Origin: Planctomycetaceae bacterium | Lineage (GTDB): Bacteria > Planctomycetota > Planctomycetia > Pirellulales > Pirellulaceae | Reading direction: 5' to 3' | Assembly (NCBI GenBank): GCA_016794985.1 | Contig: JAEUIQ010000047.1 | Span: 134,122 to 198,121, forward strand | Length of the DNA stretch: 64,000 nucleotides | In this document: in pieces, positions 48,614 to 58,661 of the stretch | How the letters are laid out: every line of letters begins with the position of its first letter | Position numbering within the stretch: position 1 is the first letter of the stretch | Made by a program: the position numbers and the translations under genes | Notes under the pieces: model-generated | The model's database searches: none | What the model saw: the letters and a program-made list of their open reading frames with translations, nothing else | Told to the model about the DNA's origin: nothing

Positions 48614-51067
48614 ATGGATTCGGGCGATGGCTACCTCTCGGAAATGGCGAATGACTTAACCCGCCACGAAGTTGATCGTCACTTGGCGGTTGAGGAACTA
48701 AGTCGCGAAGCATTGCTCCACGTTGCCAAAATTCACGAAGCATTGCTCGAGAGTTTGCCCCTCAACTACGTTCGCAAAGACCTGGAAGGTCGCATTGAAG
48801 AATGCAATCGGCGTTTTTGCCGACTCCTCAATCGCGAACTTTATGATTTGATCGGACTGACTGATTACGACTTGTTTCCAGCAGAGTTGGCTGATCGATA
48901 TCGCGCGGACGACCAACGCGTCATTCTGACGAGACAACCGCTGCACCAGGTCGAACAGCATCGTTCGGCCACGGATGAAGAATTGTTTGTCGAGGTCTTC
49001 AAGTGCCCTATCTTCGGGCCGGAACACCGCGTCATCGGAATTCAGATTTTGTTTTGGGACGTTACTGCCCGCCAACAAGCGGAACAGGCCCTGGATCAAG
49101 AACGCTATCTATTGCACACGCTGTTGGACAACGTTCCGGATAGTATTTATTTCAAAGACCGCGATAGTCGGTTCTTACGAGTTAGCGCAGGATTGGTCGA
49201 GAAGTTTGGTCTGTCCGGTTCCCATGAAGTCATAGGTAAAACGGACGCCGACTTCTTTGAAGCGCGACATGCCAAACAGGCGCGGGCCGATGAAGTGAAA
49301 ATCATGACCACCGGGCGGCCCATGGTTGATTTGATCGAACATGAAACTTGGCCCGATCGACCGGATACTTGGTGTTCAACGACGAAATTGGCATTGCGCG
49401 ACCATTCGGGTTCGATTGTGGGGACGTTTGGGATCACTCGTGACATCACCCAACAGAAAAACATCGAAAAGGAACTCTTGGAAGCGAAGGAAGCAGCTGA
49501 CAAAGCCAATCGCGCGAAGAGCGATTTTTTGGCCAACATGAGCCATGAGATTCGGACACCGATGAATGCGATCTTGGGAATGACCGAATTGGTTTTGGAT
49601 ACGCCATTGGCGCCGGCACAACGTGATTATCTCCGGATGGTGCATGAATCCGGTGAAGCGTTGTTGACAATCATCAACGACATTCTGGATTTCTCCAAGA
49701 TTGAAGCTGGAAAATTAAGTTTGGACCCGACGGAGTTTGATTTTCGGACCAGTCTTCAAGACACGCTACGTCCTTTAAATGTGCGTGCGGTGGCGAAGAA
49801 CTTAGAACTTCGCTTGGAAGTGGATTCGGCGGTTCCAATGGCTGTGATTGCTGATTTGGGGCGACTTCGGCAGGTCTTGATCAATTTGGTCGGCAATGCC
49901 ATCAAATTCACTTCGGTTGGCGAGATTGTGGTCGCGTTCCATTTGCTGGAACAGCATGGTTCACGAGCTCGTTTACGCGGCTCGGTTCGCGATACCGGTA
50001 TTGGAATCCCCGCCGAGAAACTGGATTCGATCTTTCGCGAGTTCGAGCAAGTTGATGCTTCGACGACTCGTCAATATGGAGGCACGGGATTGGGATTGGC
50101 AATAACTTCCAAGCTTATCGCACTTATGGAAGGAACGGTTTGGGTCGAGAGCGAATTGGGGAATGGCAGTATCTTTCATTTTGAATTCGAAGTTCGTTTA
50201 CCCGAACGTGGTTCGGAACGCCAAGCAGACCATTGGGAAGGAATACCGTCGGCCCATGCACCCGATACCGTGCCGCGACGCCGGACTGGCAGGCAACCCC
50301 GCAACCTGAAGATCCTCTTGGCGGAGGACAACCGTGTAAACCAGCGGCTGGCGGTGGGGCTATTGGAACGAATGGGGCATCGAATTAGCGTCGTTGAAAC
50401 GGGACAAGCCGCGATCGACGCTTGCCTTGAGGAAGCTTTCGATTTGGTATTGATGGATGTTCAAATGCCAGGCCGCGATGGCTTGGATGCGACCCGGGCG
50501 ATTCGTGAGGCCGAACGGGCCTCTGGGCAGCATGTCCCAATCATTGCGATGACCGCTCATGCAATGACAGGTGATCGACAAAGATGTCTGGATGCCGGCA
50601 TGGACGAGTACTTGTCGAAGCCGATTCGAATGACGGAGCTAGAAGAGAAGTTGTCTCAAGTCATGGACACTCTCCGATTTGACAACGGCCCAGGCGAAGA
50701 CATTGCCGCCGAAGTTGACCATGAACTTTCGGAAGCTTTGGCGGCGATCGATCACGATGCGGACTTATTGCAAGTGATGGCCGGTGCGTTCTTGGAAGAA
50801 TCCGCTGAGCTGCTGTTGGTCATGAGTGCCGCATGGGAGCGCAGCGATTGGGAGCAGTTATCCCATGCGGCGCATTCGTTGAAGGGGAGCGCCTTGGCAC
50901 TCCACGCAGCCGAACTGGCAGCGATCTGTGCGGTCTTGGAGCAAACTCGTGACCAAGCAAATCGAGAGGAAGTGGCCAACCAATTGGATGCTTTGCGGAT
51001 CGAGCTGCGTTCTTTAGAATCTCGCCTCGAACAGTTTCTCAGCCAACAACGCAGGAACATGGATTGA
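48614..51067 (+). CDS. hybrid sensor histidine kinase: two PAS domains – HisKA – HATPase_c – receiver – C-terminal Hpt (BarA/ArcB-like unorthodox kinase, cytoplasmic)
   Basis: H-box MSHEIRTPMNAILGMTEL, N/G1/G2 boxes (GNAIKFT…DTGIGI…GGTGLGLAI), receiver ILLAEDNRVNQ…DLVLMDVQMPGRDG…K, Hpt SHAAHSLKGSALALH. Confidence 0.85.
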   Translation: MDSGDGYLSEMANDLTRHEVDRHLAVEELSREALLHVAKIHEALLESLPLNYVRKDLEGRIEECNRRFCRLLNRELYDLIGLTDYDLFPAELADRYRADDQRVILTRQPLHQVEQHRSATDEELFVEVFKCPIFGPEHRVIGIQILFWDVTARQQAEQALDQERYLLHTLLDNVPDSIYFKDRDSRFLRVSAGLVEKFGLSGSHEVIGKTDADFFEARHAKQARADEVKIMTTGRPMVDLIEHETWPDRPDTWCSTTKLALRDHSGSIVGTFGITRDITQQKNIEKELLEAKEAADKANRAKSDFLANMSHEIRTPMNAILGMTELVLDTPLAPAQRDYLRMVHESGEALLTIINDILDFSKIEAGKLSLDPTEFDFRTSLQDTLRPLNVRAVAKNLELRLEVDSAVPMAVIADLGRLRQVLINLVGNAIKFTSVGEIVVAFHLLEQHGSRARLRGSVRDTGIGIPAEKLDSIFREFEQVDASTTRQYGGTGLGLAITSKLIALMEGTVWVESELGNGSIFHFEFEVRLPERGSERQADHWEGIPSAHAPDTVPRRRTGRQPRNLKILLAEDNRVNQRLAVGLLERMGHRISVVETGQAAIDACLEEAFDLVLMDVQMPGRDGLDATRAIREAERASGQHVPIIAMTAHAMTGDRQRCLDAGMDEYLSKPIRMTELEEKLSQVMDTLRFDNGPGEDIAAEVDHELSEALAAIDHDADLLQVMAGAFLEESAELLLVMSAAWERSDWEQLSHAAHSLKGSALALHAAELAAICAVLEQTRDQANREEVANQLDALRIELRSLESRLEQFLSQQRRNMD

Positions 51068-52020
51068 ATCGAAAACTTGCCTGGCGTTGGATTCAGTACT
51101 TGACGATCCTGGTGGTCGCGGTCGCGGTGGGGTGGACAATTTGGCAAGGGTGGCGCGATCTCCAGAAACAAGATGTCGATTGGCGCGCCTTGCGATGGAC
51201 GTGGTTGGCGCCCGCCTTTGCGCTGACGATCATGGGCACGATCCCAGGCTGGTTGTTTTGGCATTCCGTCTTAAGTAGGTTCGGTTGGCCCCTTTCCTTA
51301 CGTGACAGCTTTAGAGCGTTTTATCTGAGCCAACTTGGTAAATACGTTCCCGGAAAAGTCATGGTGTTGGCCATTCGGGCTTCGATTGCCTCCAAAGTTC
51401 TGCGCGACACGCCCAACGAACAACCTCCATTGTTTCAACCATGGATGATCGTGTCGGCCGCTGCAGTCGTCGAAACCCTGATGTTCATTGCGGTGGGAAG
51501 TGGCATGGGCGTCGTCTGCGGTGCCACGCTTTTGACCGACCAGGGGTGGGTTCTTGGTTTGGGCGCGGTGCTGGGCGCTGGGATTCTGTTCCTGATGCTC
51601 CCCCCCGTCTTGCGGTTCTGGATCGTACGATTGCCACTCATCAAAACTCCCACGGAACGAGAATGGCTGGCTTCGCGATGGACATGGGGATTGTTCGTGG
51701 GCGGAAGCTTAAGTTTCGTGCTCGGATGGACGTTGATGGGCGGCGGACTATTGTCGCTTACCTTGATGCTGCCTGAGAATTCCACCAGCATCACAGACTT
51801 GCCGCGAACGGTGGCCGGCGTGTCACTTTCGACCGTCATTGGATTTGTGTCGTTCGTGCCGGGCGGACTTGGGGTGCGTGAAATTGTACTCTTTCCCATC
51901 CTCCGCCCAAAATTCTCCGCCGTTTTGCTGTTGATTCTCTTGCAACGGTTTATTGTCTTGTTGGCCGAGTGTTTTGCGTCCGCCCTGGCCGTCGTCCTGG
52001 GATGGCTTGCTCGTCGGTAA
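51064..52020 (+). CDS. flippase-like/UPF0104 (YbhN, lysyl-phosphatidylglycerol-synthase TM-domain-like) membrane protein
   Basis: Eight or so TM segments. C-terminal …FVPGGLGVREIVLF… motif characteristic of the family. A 4-nt overlap with the kinase stop gives translational coupling. Confidence 0.6.
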   Translation: MNRKLAWRWIQYLTILVVAVAVGWTIWQGWRDLQKQDVDWRALRWTWLAPAFALTIMGTIPGWLFWHSVLSRFGWPLSLRDSFRAFYLSQLGKYVPGKVMVLAIRASIASKVLRDTPNEQPPLFQPWMIVSAAAVVETLMFIAVGSGMGVVCGATLLTDQGWVLGLGAVLGAGILFLMLPPVLRFWIVRLPLIKTPTEREWLASRWTWGLFVGGSLSFVLGWTLMGGGLLSLTLMLPENSTSITDLPRTVAGVSLSTVIGFVSFVPGGLGVREIVLFPILRPKFSAVLLLILLQRFIVLLAECFASALAVVLGWLARR

Positions 52021-52213
52021 TCAATGCTAGCAGCAGGGCAATGTTCTTGTGAACTGTATTGGTGATCCGAAGACGCTTTTGCTAAAGACTCCGGGGTTGG
52101 TGCGCTTCCCGGAATCTCTGCGCTTGAAACAGGCTTCGAACAGTAGTTCGCGCGGCATGTACAAGGTCGGCAAGCCGTCGGGAGTATTTCCTTGATTTCC
52201 TGAGAGCCCGTTC

Positions 52214-52984
52214 ATGACGGAACTGAACCCATGTCACGGTCGTATTCCATCCTGTCCGATCATCGGAAGCCGAAGATTAGCCAGTTTTCTGTTTTTGGGG
52301 TGGGGGCTGTTGCTAATTGGTCAGTCGGGGTGCCAGTTTCAGCTGGCGCGGCACACGTCCAACGGCCAGCAGTACTTGCGCAGTGGCCAATTCACGCAGG
52401 CGGCTGACGCCTTCCAACAGGCTTTGATGTCGAACCCGCAAAATGCGGACGCCAATTACAATTTGGGAGCGACCTATTACTACATGGCCAAGCAAACAGG
52501 CCAAATGTACATAAACCCGAAATCAGAAGACTTGCTGCGGCAAGCGATCGCGCTGAACCCTAGTCACGCGGACGCTTACCGAACGCTCGCGGCACTCTAC
52601 ATCGAAACCAATCGACCCAACGATGCCTTTCAATTGATCCGTGGGTGGCAAGTGACTCAACCAACCAATCCCGAGCCGTTGGTCGAGATGGCGCGACTGT
52701 ACCGCGAACACAACGATCCGACTCGAGCGACTCAATATTTGGCCGATGCGTTAACTTTGGATCCGAATCATCCCCGGGCCTTGGTCGCGATGGGAACTTT
52801 GCGTGAGGAGCAAGGCCAATACGAATTGGCACTGAAAAACTACACGCGATCCATTCAGGCCAATGCCTATCAACCGTTGGTGGCTCAACGAATTGCCTCG
52901 ATTCAACAACGGTTCTCCAGCGACTTGAGTTCGCAATCAGGAACTCGATACGCCAATCCCAACATGAATGCCTACCTACGATAA
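52214..52984 (+). CDS. TPR-repeat lipoprotein
   Basis: Signal/lipobox (…LIGQSGCQ), then four or five 34-aa TPR units (AxxxYxLGxxYY…, AxAYRTLAALY…, ALxxDPNHPRALVAMGTL…). Confidence 0.7.
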   Translation: MTELNPCHGRIPSCPIIGSRRLASFLFLGWGLLLIGQSGCQFQLARHTSNGQQYLRSGQFTQAADAFQQALMSNPQNADANYNLGATYYYMAKQTGQMYINPKSEDLLRQAIALNPSHADAYRTLAALYIETNRPNDAFQLIRGWQVTQPTNPEPLVEMARLYREHNDPTRATQYLADALTLDPNHPRALVAMGTLREEQGQYELALKNYTRSIQANAYQPLVAQRIASIQQRFSSDLSSQSGTRYANPNMNAYLR

Positions 52985-53010
52985 GGTCGGTTGAATGAAT
53001 TGGATTGACG

Positions 53011-53085
53011 GCCCGCGAGCAAAAAAAAAGCTCGGCTGCCTGTGCAGGTCAGCCGAGCCACCCCCCCGGGTGTTTTTGTTTCTTA
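53011..53085. terminator. probable bidirectional Rho-independent terminator (A-run – GC-rich 9-bp stem hairpin – T-run)
   Basis: gcgagcAAAAAAAAA gctcggctg cctgtgcaggt cagccgagc cacccccccgggtgTTTTTgTTTcTT, read directly. It follows the TPR gene. Confidence 0.55.
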
Positions 53086-53401
53086 ATATTCGTTACTCGC
53101 TCCGTGTGGCCGTTAAGATTGTCGTTGTGTGTTGTTGACGAAATTGGTATCGGCAAATATTGCCGTCTCATTAAGGCATTTCTTGCGGGTTAGGCAAGAA
53201 AAACGACTTGAGTAAAACTTACGGATAATATCAATTGCGAGGGAAATATCTTGAATCTCTAAGGGTTGCTTTCCCGATCCCTGTTAGGGAGCCCGAGTTC
53301 CGAAGGGACGGGCGCGCTCGTGCACCGAGAACGAATTTCCGCACGACTTTACTCGACACAGTCGTTGCGGTGGGCTGAATAACTTTGCAATAGGCGATGC
53401 C

Positions 53402-55408
53402 ATGAATCAAAAACTGATTTCCAACAATCCGCGCATGGTACCGTTGCTTCCAACGTTTATCTATGGAACGGGAGCCGCATTCCTCCTGTTTGGGTTGATT
53501 CGTCAAGGTTGGGTTTCCCATCCGATCTTGGATCGATACGTGATGGCGCATCCTGTCTCGATAGCCGAAACGATTATGTTTGCCATTGGCTTGATGGCCT
53601 TGATCCTTAAAGGCTGGCAGGTACGGCAAGAACGAAAGCAATTGCTGGCTTGGGAATCACCGTCGCTGGCGGAAGAATCCGGTGCCGCAGTCGCCAATGA
53701 AATTCAGGAACCAGACTCACCGACCGGGCAGAACTTCGGCGCAAACACGAGCTTGCCAATGACCAAGCGTTTGGCAAAAAGCGAAGCATCGTCGGCGGCG
53801 ACTCTAGCCCAGCGTTACAGCAACATTTTGGCCGCCCGACCGCTCGCTGTACGAACAAGTAGCATTGGGTTAAGAACTCGCGAAGCATTACAGTACATTA
53901 AGACTCGACAATCAGCCCACGAAATTGACTCGCAACTAAAGCATTTGGCCAATCGTGAAGCAGATGCTCAACACGAAAGTTATTCGCTGATCCGATTGAT
54001 GGTCTGGGCGATTCCAATGCTGGGTTTTTTGGGCACCGTCTTGGGCATTTCAGAGGCCTTAGGTGGGCTGAATCTCGGTGCTGGGGCGGACCTGTCCGCA
54101 CTTATAACTAGTCTAAAGTCTAGCCTGTACGTCGCGTTTGACACGACCGCAATTGCGTTGACTTATGGCGTTTGCTTGATGTTTGTGCAGTTCGGTTTGG
54201 ATCGAGTGGAGTCCGCCAATGTCAGCCGCGTCGATGCCTTGGTCGAAGAGTTTATCCTCACCAACTTCCAAGACGATCAAGATTCATCGGACTCTCCAAA
54301 CCGCGCGATAAGTCGCATGGGGCAAGCTTTGCTCCAAGCCACCTTTAGTTTGGTCGAACATCAGCATGAGTTGTGGAACGAGAGCTTAACCGCCGCACAA
54401 GAAGCGTGGGTTGCCGCAACCGAAAACTCGACCGCTCAATCGGAGAAGCTACTGCAATCCGCGATGAGCTCGGCCGGGCAGCAGATCGCAGAGCGATTGT
54501 CGCAAGCTTTAGATTTGGCCGAAGGTCAATTGCAACATCGCGCGCAACAGTGGCAGGTTGCGATGTCAGACAACACTAGGGTATTGGCGAAGTATCAAGA
54601 AAATGCCGCGACCCATGTTCAATTACTAGATCAGTTTTTCCAGCAGTGTTCGCATTTGTCGAAACAACAGCAAGACTCGATTACCGACTTGATTCAGTCG
54701 ATGAATCGAACGATTACTCAAAATCAAGAAGTCCAAGCTCGATGGCAGGAAGAGCAGGTGTGGCAAAAGGCCAAACAACAAGAAATTCAGGCAGAAATGG
54801 AATCGATGGTGGTCGCCCATGCCACCGAAGTGACCCATCAGCGGGCCATGGCCGATGCTCGCATCGCGGCGGAAGTCGAAGCGCGCATGGCAGCGGAACA
54901 ACGCGCACACGCCGAAGCCGAGGCCCGCTTGGCAGCGGAAGGACTGGTCAGTGCCGAAACCTCGGCCCGGCGGATTGCTGAACAACAGGCCAAAGCAGCG
55001 AGCGAAGCGCAACGCCGAGCCGAAGAGCTGGCTCGCGCGGCAACGGTTGCGAGAAAACTGGCGGAGCGTCAACTGGTTCTCGAATCCGAGAATCGCCAAT
55101 TGCGAGTCGCTCCGGATTCGATGGGATCGGCCGCTGCGATCAACTCTCCCGTCGTCGCCCCCGTGCCACACCCCACCGCCACCGTGGCGATTTCCGCAAC
55201 CAAGTCTGAAGGGATCCTGGCGGAAGAACATGTCGAGTCCATGCAACTTCCGCCCGTGGATTGGCACTTGGTTCCAGGTCGATTCAATCCAACTGCCGAA
55301 GCGAATTCACAAACTGACGAAACGAAGAAAGACGACTCCGTCGTTAGTTCGCAAGTTCGTTCCAGCATCCTGCCATTCCCAGACGCAAAGATTTATCGGG
55401 CTGCATGA
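53402..55408 (+). CDS. MotA/TolQ/ExbB-family proton-channel (stator) protein with ~400-aa TolA-like Ala/Glu/Arg/Gln-rich coiled-coil C-terminal tail
   Basis: Topology TM1-TM2, large cytoplasmic loop, TM3-TM4 with the family motif LIRLMVWAIPMLGFLGTVLGISEAL and TM4 YVAFDTTAIALTYGVCLMFVQFGL. The tail HQRAMADARIAAEVEARMAAEQRAHAEAEARLAAEG… resembles TolA domain II. Confidence 0.75.
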   Translation: MNQKLISNNPRMVPLLPTFIYGTGAAFLLFGLIRQGWVSHPILDRYVMAHPVSIAETIMFAIGLMALILKGWQVRQERKQLLAWESPSLAEESGAAVANEIQEPDSPTGQNFGANTSLPMTKRLAKSEASSAATLAQRYSNILAARPLAVRTSSIGLRTREALQYIKTRQSAHEIDSQLKHLANREADAQHESYSLIRLMVWAIPMLGFLGTVLGISEALGGLNLGAGADLSALITSLKSSLYVAFDTTAIALTYGVCLMFVQFGLDRVESANVSRVDALVEEFILTNFQDDQDSSDSPNRAISRMGQALLQATFSLVEHQHELWNESLTAAQEAWVAATENSTAQSEKLLQSAMSSAGQQIAERLSQALDLAEGQLQHRAQQWQVAMSDNTRVLAKYQENAATHVQLLDQFFQQCSHLSKQQQDSITDLIQSMNRTITQNQEVQARWQEEQVWQKAKQQEIQAEMESMVVAHATEVTHQRAMADARIAAEVEARMAAEQRAHAEAEARLAAEGLVSAETSARRIAEQQAKAASEAQRRAEELARAATVARKLAERQLVLESENRQLRVAPDSMGSAAAINSPVVAPVPHPTATVAISATKSEGILAEEHVESMQLPPVDWHLVPGRFNPTAEANSQTDETKKDDSVVSSQVRSSILPFPDAKIYRAA

Positions 55409-57351
55409 GCCAACGAAAACGTAATACATTAAGCTTATCGCTGTTTCCATTCTTGGCGGTGCTAATCTGCACGATGGGCGTCCTCGTGGCTTTATTGCTG
55501 TTGGTCGTCAAACGAGCCGAAGAAACAGCCTCACAAGAAGAGCTTACGGCCGTTGCGCAGGCGGAAGCCGAAAGCAGCCAATTGGAGTTACAACAAGCCG
55601 AGACGACGCTACGCAGTCAATTGCTCGAACAGCAACGCAACGAGCGTCAGTTGGAGTTAGCTCGACAGCGAGAACTCTTGGGGCATCTCGAAAATGAAAT
55701 GGCTGACGTGCGATCCGAGGCAGCGGAAGTTGCGGAGCGCATTCGTTCTTTACAGGCAACGATCGAGGCTTCCACGGACTCGCGGTCGCTGCGTGATTCG
55801 GTCAACCAGCAGCAAACCGAGCTAGAATCGCTGCGCGCCGAGCTGGAAGCGGCGCGGCGCGACTACGCGGGAATAACGGCCTCGAATCGACGTGCGGTCG
55901 CACCGGTGTATTCGATTGTGCCTTTGGCCAGCCAGTCGGGAACCAATCGGCGCCCGATCTACGTCGAGTGCGTTGCCGATGGGATGTACCTGTATCCCGG
56001 TAGAATCAAGTTGACTCTAGATGATTTCGTATTGCCTCTCACACCTGGCAACCCGTTAGATACGGCGTTGTTGGCGTATCGCGAGTATTGGCGACGTACC
56101 AAATCGGCCGACGCCAATCACGAAAATGCATATCCCCTGTTGGTCGTTAGGCCCAGCGGCGCGAAATGGTACTCCGTCGCTCGTCGAGCCATGACGGGTT
56201 GGGACCAAGAGTTTGGCTACGAGTTGATTCCGGAAGACTGGAAAGTCAATTTTGGAAGCGCGGACGCGAGTTTGGTCCAGCATGTCCAACAAGCTATCGA
56301 AAGCGCGCGGGTTCGCCAGTCTGCAATGGTCTCCTACGGCCAAGCGATCCCCGCGACTCAAGCCAACGCCGTACAACCCGCGTCAAGTGTCTCCAGTTCG
56401 CGGACAGCGTTGATCCCTGCGAACGGAGGTGGCTTCGCATCCGCGCCAAGTTCCGCCAACCGAACCGCCAGTGCTTCCGCTAAGACTGGGGACAAAGACG
56501 GATACGGCGCCGATCCCATCGCTAGTTTCTCAAATCAATTTCAATCAGGTCGAATCAGCGCACTACCAAATAGTGCAGAACCAAGTTCCGAGCGTGAAGC
56601 TTCGTCGCTATTCGCGTCATCGCGACAAACACCAGTGATGCCGAATTTCAATTCGACAACGGCGTCTGGTCGTCTGGCTCGAAGCGAAACCAGTGGACGT
56701 CCAGGCACCGGATCGGCCGATAGCGAAAATCGGCAACCATCCGGAGATCGCGCGGGCGGGGTGCCACCCAACAGTCTCGCAAGTCCACGGTCTTCACCTA
56801 CGTCACAAGTCGCTGCGTCGAGCGGAGCGGCGGGGCTCCCTTCGATGACGTTGCCGCAAGTGGGCCAACCACCCATCGCCGACCCAAGTCCCGTGGAACA
56901 ATCGTCGAATCCGTCGCCCAATGTTGCAACGGATTGGAATCGAGACGCCTTGGCGCACGAGCGGGGAGAAAATTGGGCCCTGCCATCCCGCAGAAATGCG
57001 GTTAGCGCTTACTATCGTCCTGTTGTCGTTAACGTAGGATCGGATGCCTTGGTTCTTCCCGCCGGGGAAGGCAGTCCCAAACCGCAAACGATCCCCTTGG
57101 GCCCGTCTTTGGCCGAGGCGGTCGATCCGTTGGCCAATGCGATCTGGCAACGAGTTGATAAATGGGGTTATCTAGGCTTCGATGGTTACTGGAAACCTGT
57201 GTTGGAGTTGCGTTTTACACCGGAAAACGCCAGCAAGGCAGTCTTGCTCCAAAGGATGTTGGAAGGTAGTGGCTTGGATGTCAAACTGCCCGCCACGGAC
57301 GATCAATCAGCCCCGACGTCACCTCCAAATCAGCGCGAGGAGGGGCCATGA
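55405..57351 (+). CDS. single-pass membrane protein with coiled-coil, two ExbD/TolR-like periplasmic domains and a ~250-aa Ser/Pro/Ala-rich disordered segment between them
   Basis: N-terminal TM LSLSLFPFLAVLICTMGVLVALLLLVV. Coiled coil aa 40-160. RPIYVECVADGMYLYPGR…LLVVRPSGAKWYSVARRAMTGWDQEFGYELI and RPVVVNVGSDALVLPAG…WKPVLELRFTPENASKAVLLQRMLEGSGLDVKL both follow the ExbD pattern (PVYLSVKADNSMFIG…VDYETLMKVMDTLHQAGYLKIGLV). ATGA overlap with the upstream gene. Confidence 0.6.
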   Translation: MSQRKRNTLSLSLFPFLAVLICTMGVLVALLLLVVKRAEETASQEELTAVAQAEAESSQLELQQAETTLRSQLLEQQRNERQLELARQRELLGHLENEMADVRSEAAEVAERIRSLQATIEASTDSRSLRDSVNQQQTELESLRAELEAARRDYAGITASNRRAVAPVYSIVPLASQSGTNRRPIYVECVADGMYLYPGRIKLTLDDFVLPLTPGNPLDTALLAYREYWRRTKSADANHENAYPLLVVRPSGAKWYSVARRAMTGWDQEFGYELIPEDWKVNFGSADASLVQHVQQAIESARVRQSAMVSYGQAIPATQANAVQPASSVSSSRTALIPANGGGFASAPSSANRTASASAKTGDKDGYGADPIASFSNQFQSGRISALPNSAEPSSEREASSLFASSRQTPVMPNFNSTTASGRLARSETSGRPGTGSADSENRQPSGDRAGGVPPNSLASPRSSPTSQVAASSGAAGLPSMTLPQVGQPPIADPSPVEQSSNPSPNVATDWNRDALAHERGENWALPSRRNAVSAYYRPVVVNVGSDALVLPAGEGSPKPQTIPLGPSLAEAVDPLANAIWQRVDKWGYLGFDGYWKPVLELRFTPENASKAVLLQRMLEGSGLDVKLPATDDQSAPTSPPNQREEGP

Positions 57352-58397
57352 ATTCAAATCGAAAGTCGCGCAGCGAGATTCCGATGGAACAAGATTCGTT
57401 CCTCGACATCGTGGCGAACCTAGTTGGAATCTTGATCATCCTTGTGGTCATTTTTGGCGCCCAAATTGGCGAATCGCTGACGGTGAAGCGATCACCAGAG
57501 ACCGTTGCCACCCTCGAAGGATTGGAATCGCAGCGTCAGCAACTGACGGAGCAAAATCATGTTCTCCAACAGCGAGAGGCCGAAAATCGAGATTGGCAGA
57601 CGGTTATTGATCAGCAAGAAACTTTGATTCAGCAACGGCGGTTGGAACGCCATATCGCCCTGCAACAATTAGCTGCGATTCAACATGAAGTCGAACTGAA
57701 GATCGAAAGTCTTTCAGAACAGCAGCAAGCCGAAGTAAAATTGCGTGAACAATTGACTAATCAAGCGGCCGAAATTCAAGATTTGAGGCAAGAAATTGAA
57801 TCCGTTCGCCAAGCGTCTTTGGCAGTGGAAGAAGAGCCGGCGCCAGAAGTCATCGAGCATTATCCGACCCCCATCGCGCAAACCGTCTTTGGTAGAGAAG
57901 TGCATTTTCATCTACGTGACAACAAAGTTTTATTCGTGCCTTTTGATGAACTTGTCCAAAAACTCCGAGCAACTTGGGAAACCCATGCGGAAAATTTGCC
58001 GGTGGGACAATCCACGACTGAAACATTAGGGCCCATCGGGGATTTCCGTTTGCAATACGAACTGGGGAGTGAAGAAAAAACACTGCCAACGATCAATGGT
58101 ACCGTGGTCACTCGCGTTGTCTCACTCAATCGATTTTGGCTTCTGCCAATACAATCGGGTCTGGGTGAACCGGTTGAAGAAGCATTGAAAGCCGATTCGC
58201 AATTCGCCGGAACTATCAAGAAGTATGCCGTTCAAGATACCACCGTGTCGATTTGGGTCTACCCAGAAAGCTATGCCTCGTTTCTAGAGTTGCGGAAGCA
58301 GTTGACCCGTCAGGGCTATCGAGTTGCTGTCTGGCCGTTGACATCCGACCAAAAAATCTCGGGCAGCCCCGAGGGACTTCGAGCAACGTCTCAGTGA
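57348..58397 (+). CDS. ExbD/TolR-like protein with conserved TM Asp and a ~110-aa coiled-coil inserted between the TM helix and the periplasmic domain
   Basis: QDSFLDIVANLVGILIILVVIFG (compare ExbD DINVTPFIDVMLVLLIIFMV). Gln/Glu-rich heptads aa 50-160. C-terminal EVHFHLRDNKVLFVPF…SIWVYPESYASFLELRKQLTRQGYRVAVWPL fits the ExbD periplasmic fold. ATGA overlap with the upstream gene. Confidence 0.65.
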   Translation: MNSNRKSRSEIPMEQDSFLDIVANLVGILIILVVIFGAQIGESLTVKRSPETVATLEGLESQRQQLTEQNHVLQQREAENRDWQTVIDQQETLIQQRRLERHIALQQLAAIQHEVELKIESLSEQQQAEVKLREQLTNQAAEIQDLRQEIESVRQASLAVEEEPAPEVIEHYPTPIAQTVFGREVHFHLRDNKVLFVPFDELVQKLRATWETHAENLPVGQSTTETLGPIGDFRLQYELGSEEKTLPTINGTVVTRVVSLNRFWLLPIQSGLGEPVEEALKADSQFAGTIKKYAVQDTTVSIWVYPESYASFLELRKQLTRQGYRVAVWPLTSDQKISGSPEGLRATSQ

Positions 58398-58465
58398 AGC
58401 CAGGACATTGACGCACAGGCCAGCAGCAAACTGATTGGGGAAAAGCGGCAGCCAGCGGCGCAACG

Positions 58466-58587
58466 CTATGAAGCATTTTTCCTGGCTAAAACAGGCCCGA
58501 ATGGGCCGAAACATCCCTTGCCGGTGTGCGTGAGCCACCGGTTCGTTTGGTATCACGATCAGAAAAGGCCTGAAAGGCCGACACAAG
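58466..58587. repeat. third copy of the ~120-bp dispersed REP-like element (…ccggtgtgcgtgagccaccgg…gatcagaaaaggcctgaaaggccgacacaa)
   Basis: Modules are co-linear with the copies at 20171-20404. The 3' 40 nt are near-identical. It lies between convergent genes. Confidence 0.85.
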
Positions 58588-58661
58588 TGTTGAGATCGGG
58601 CACTTAAGAATGCTTCACAGCGTTGCCAGCGGCGGTGGTCAGAAACTGCCGCCGTCCAAGG

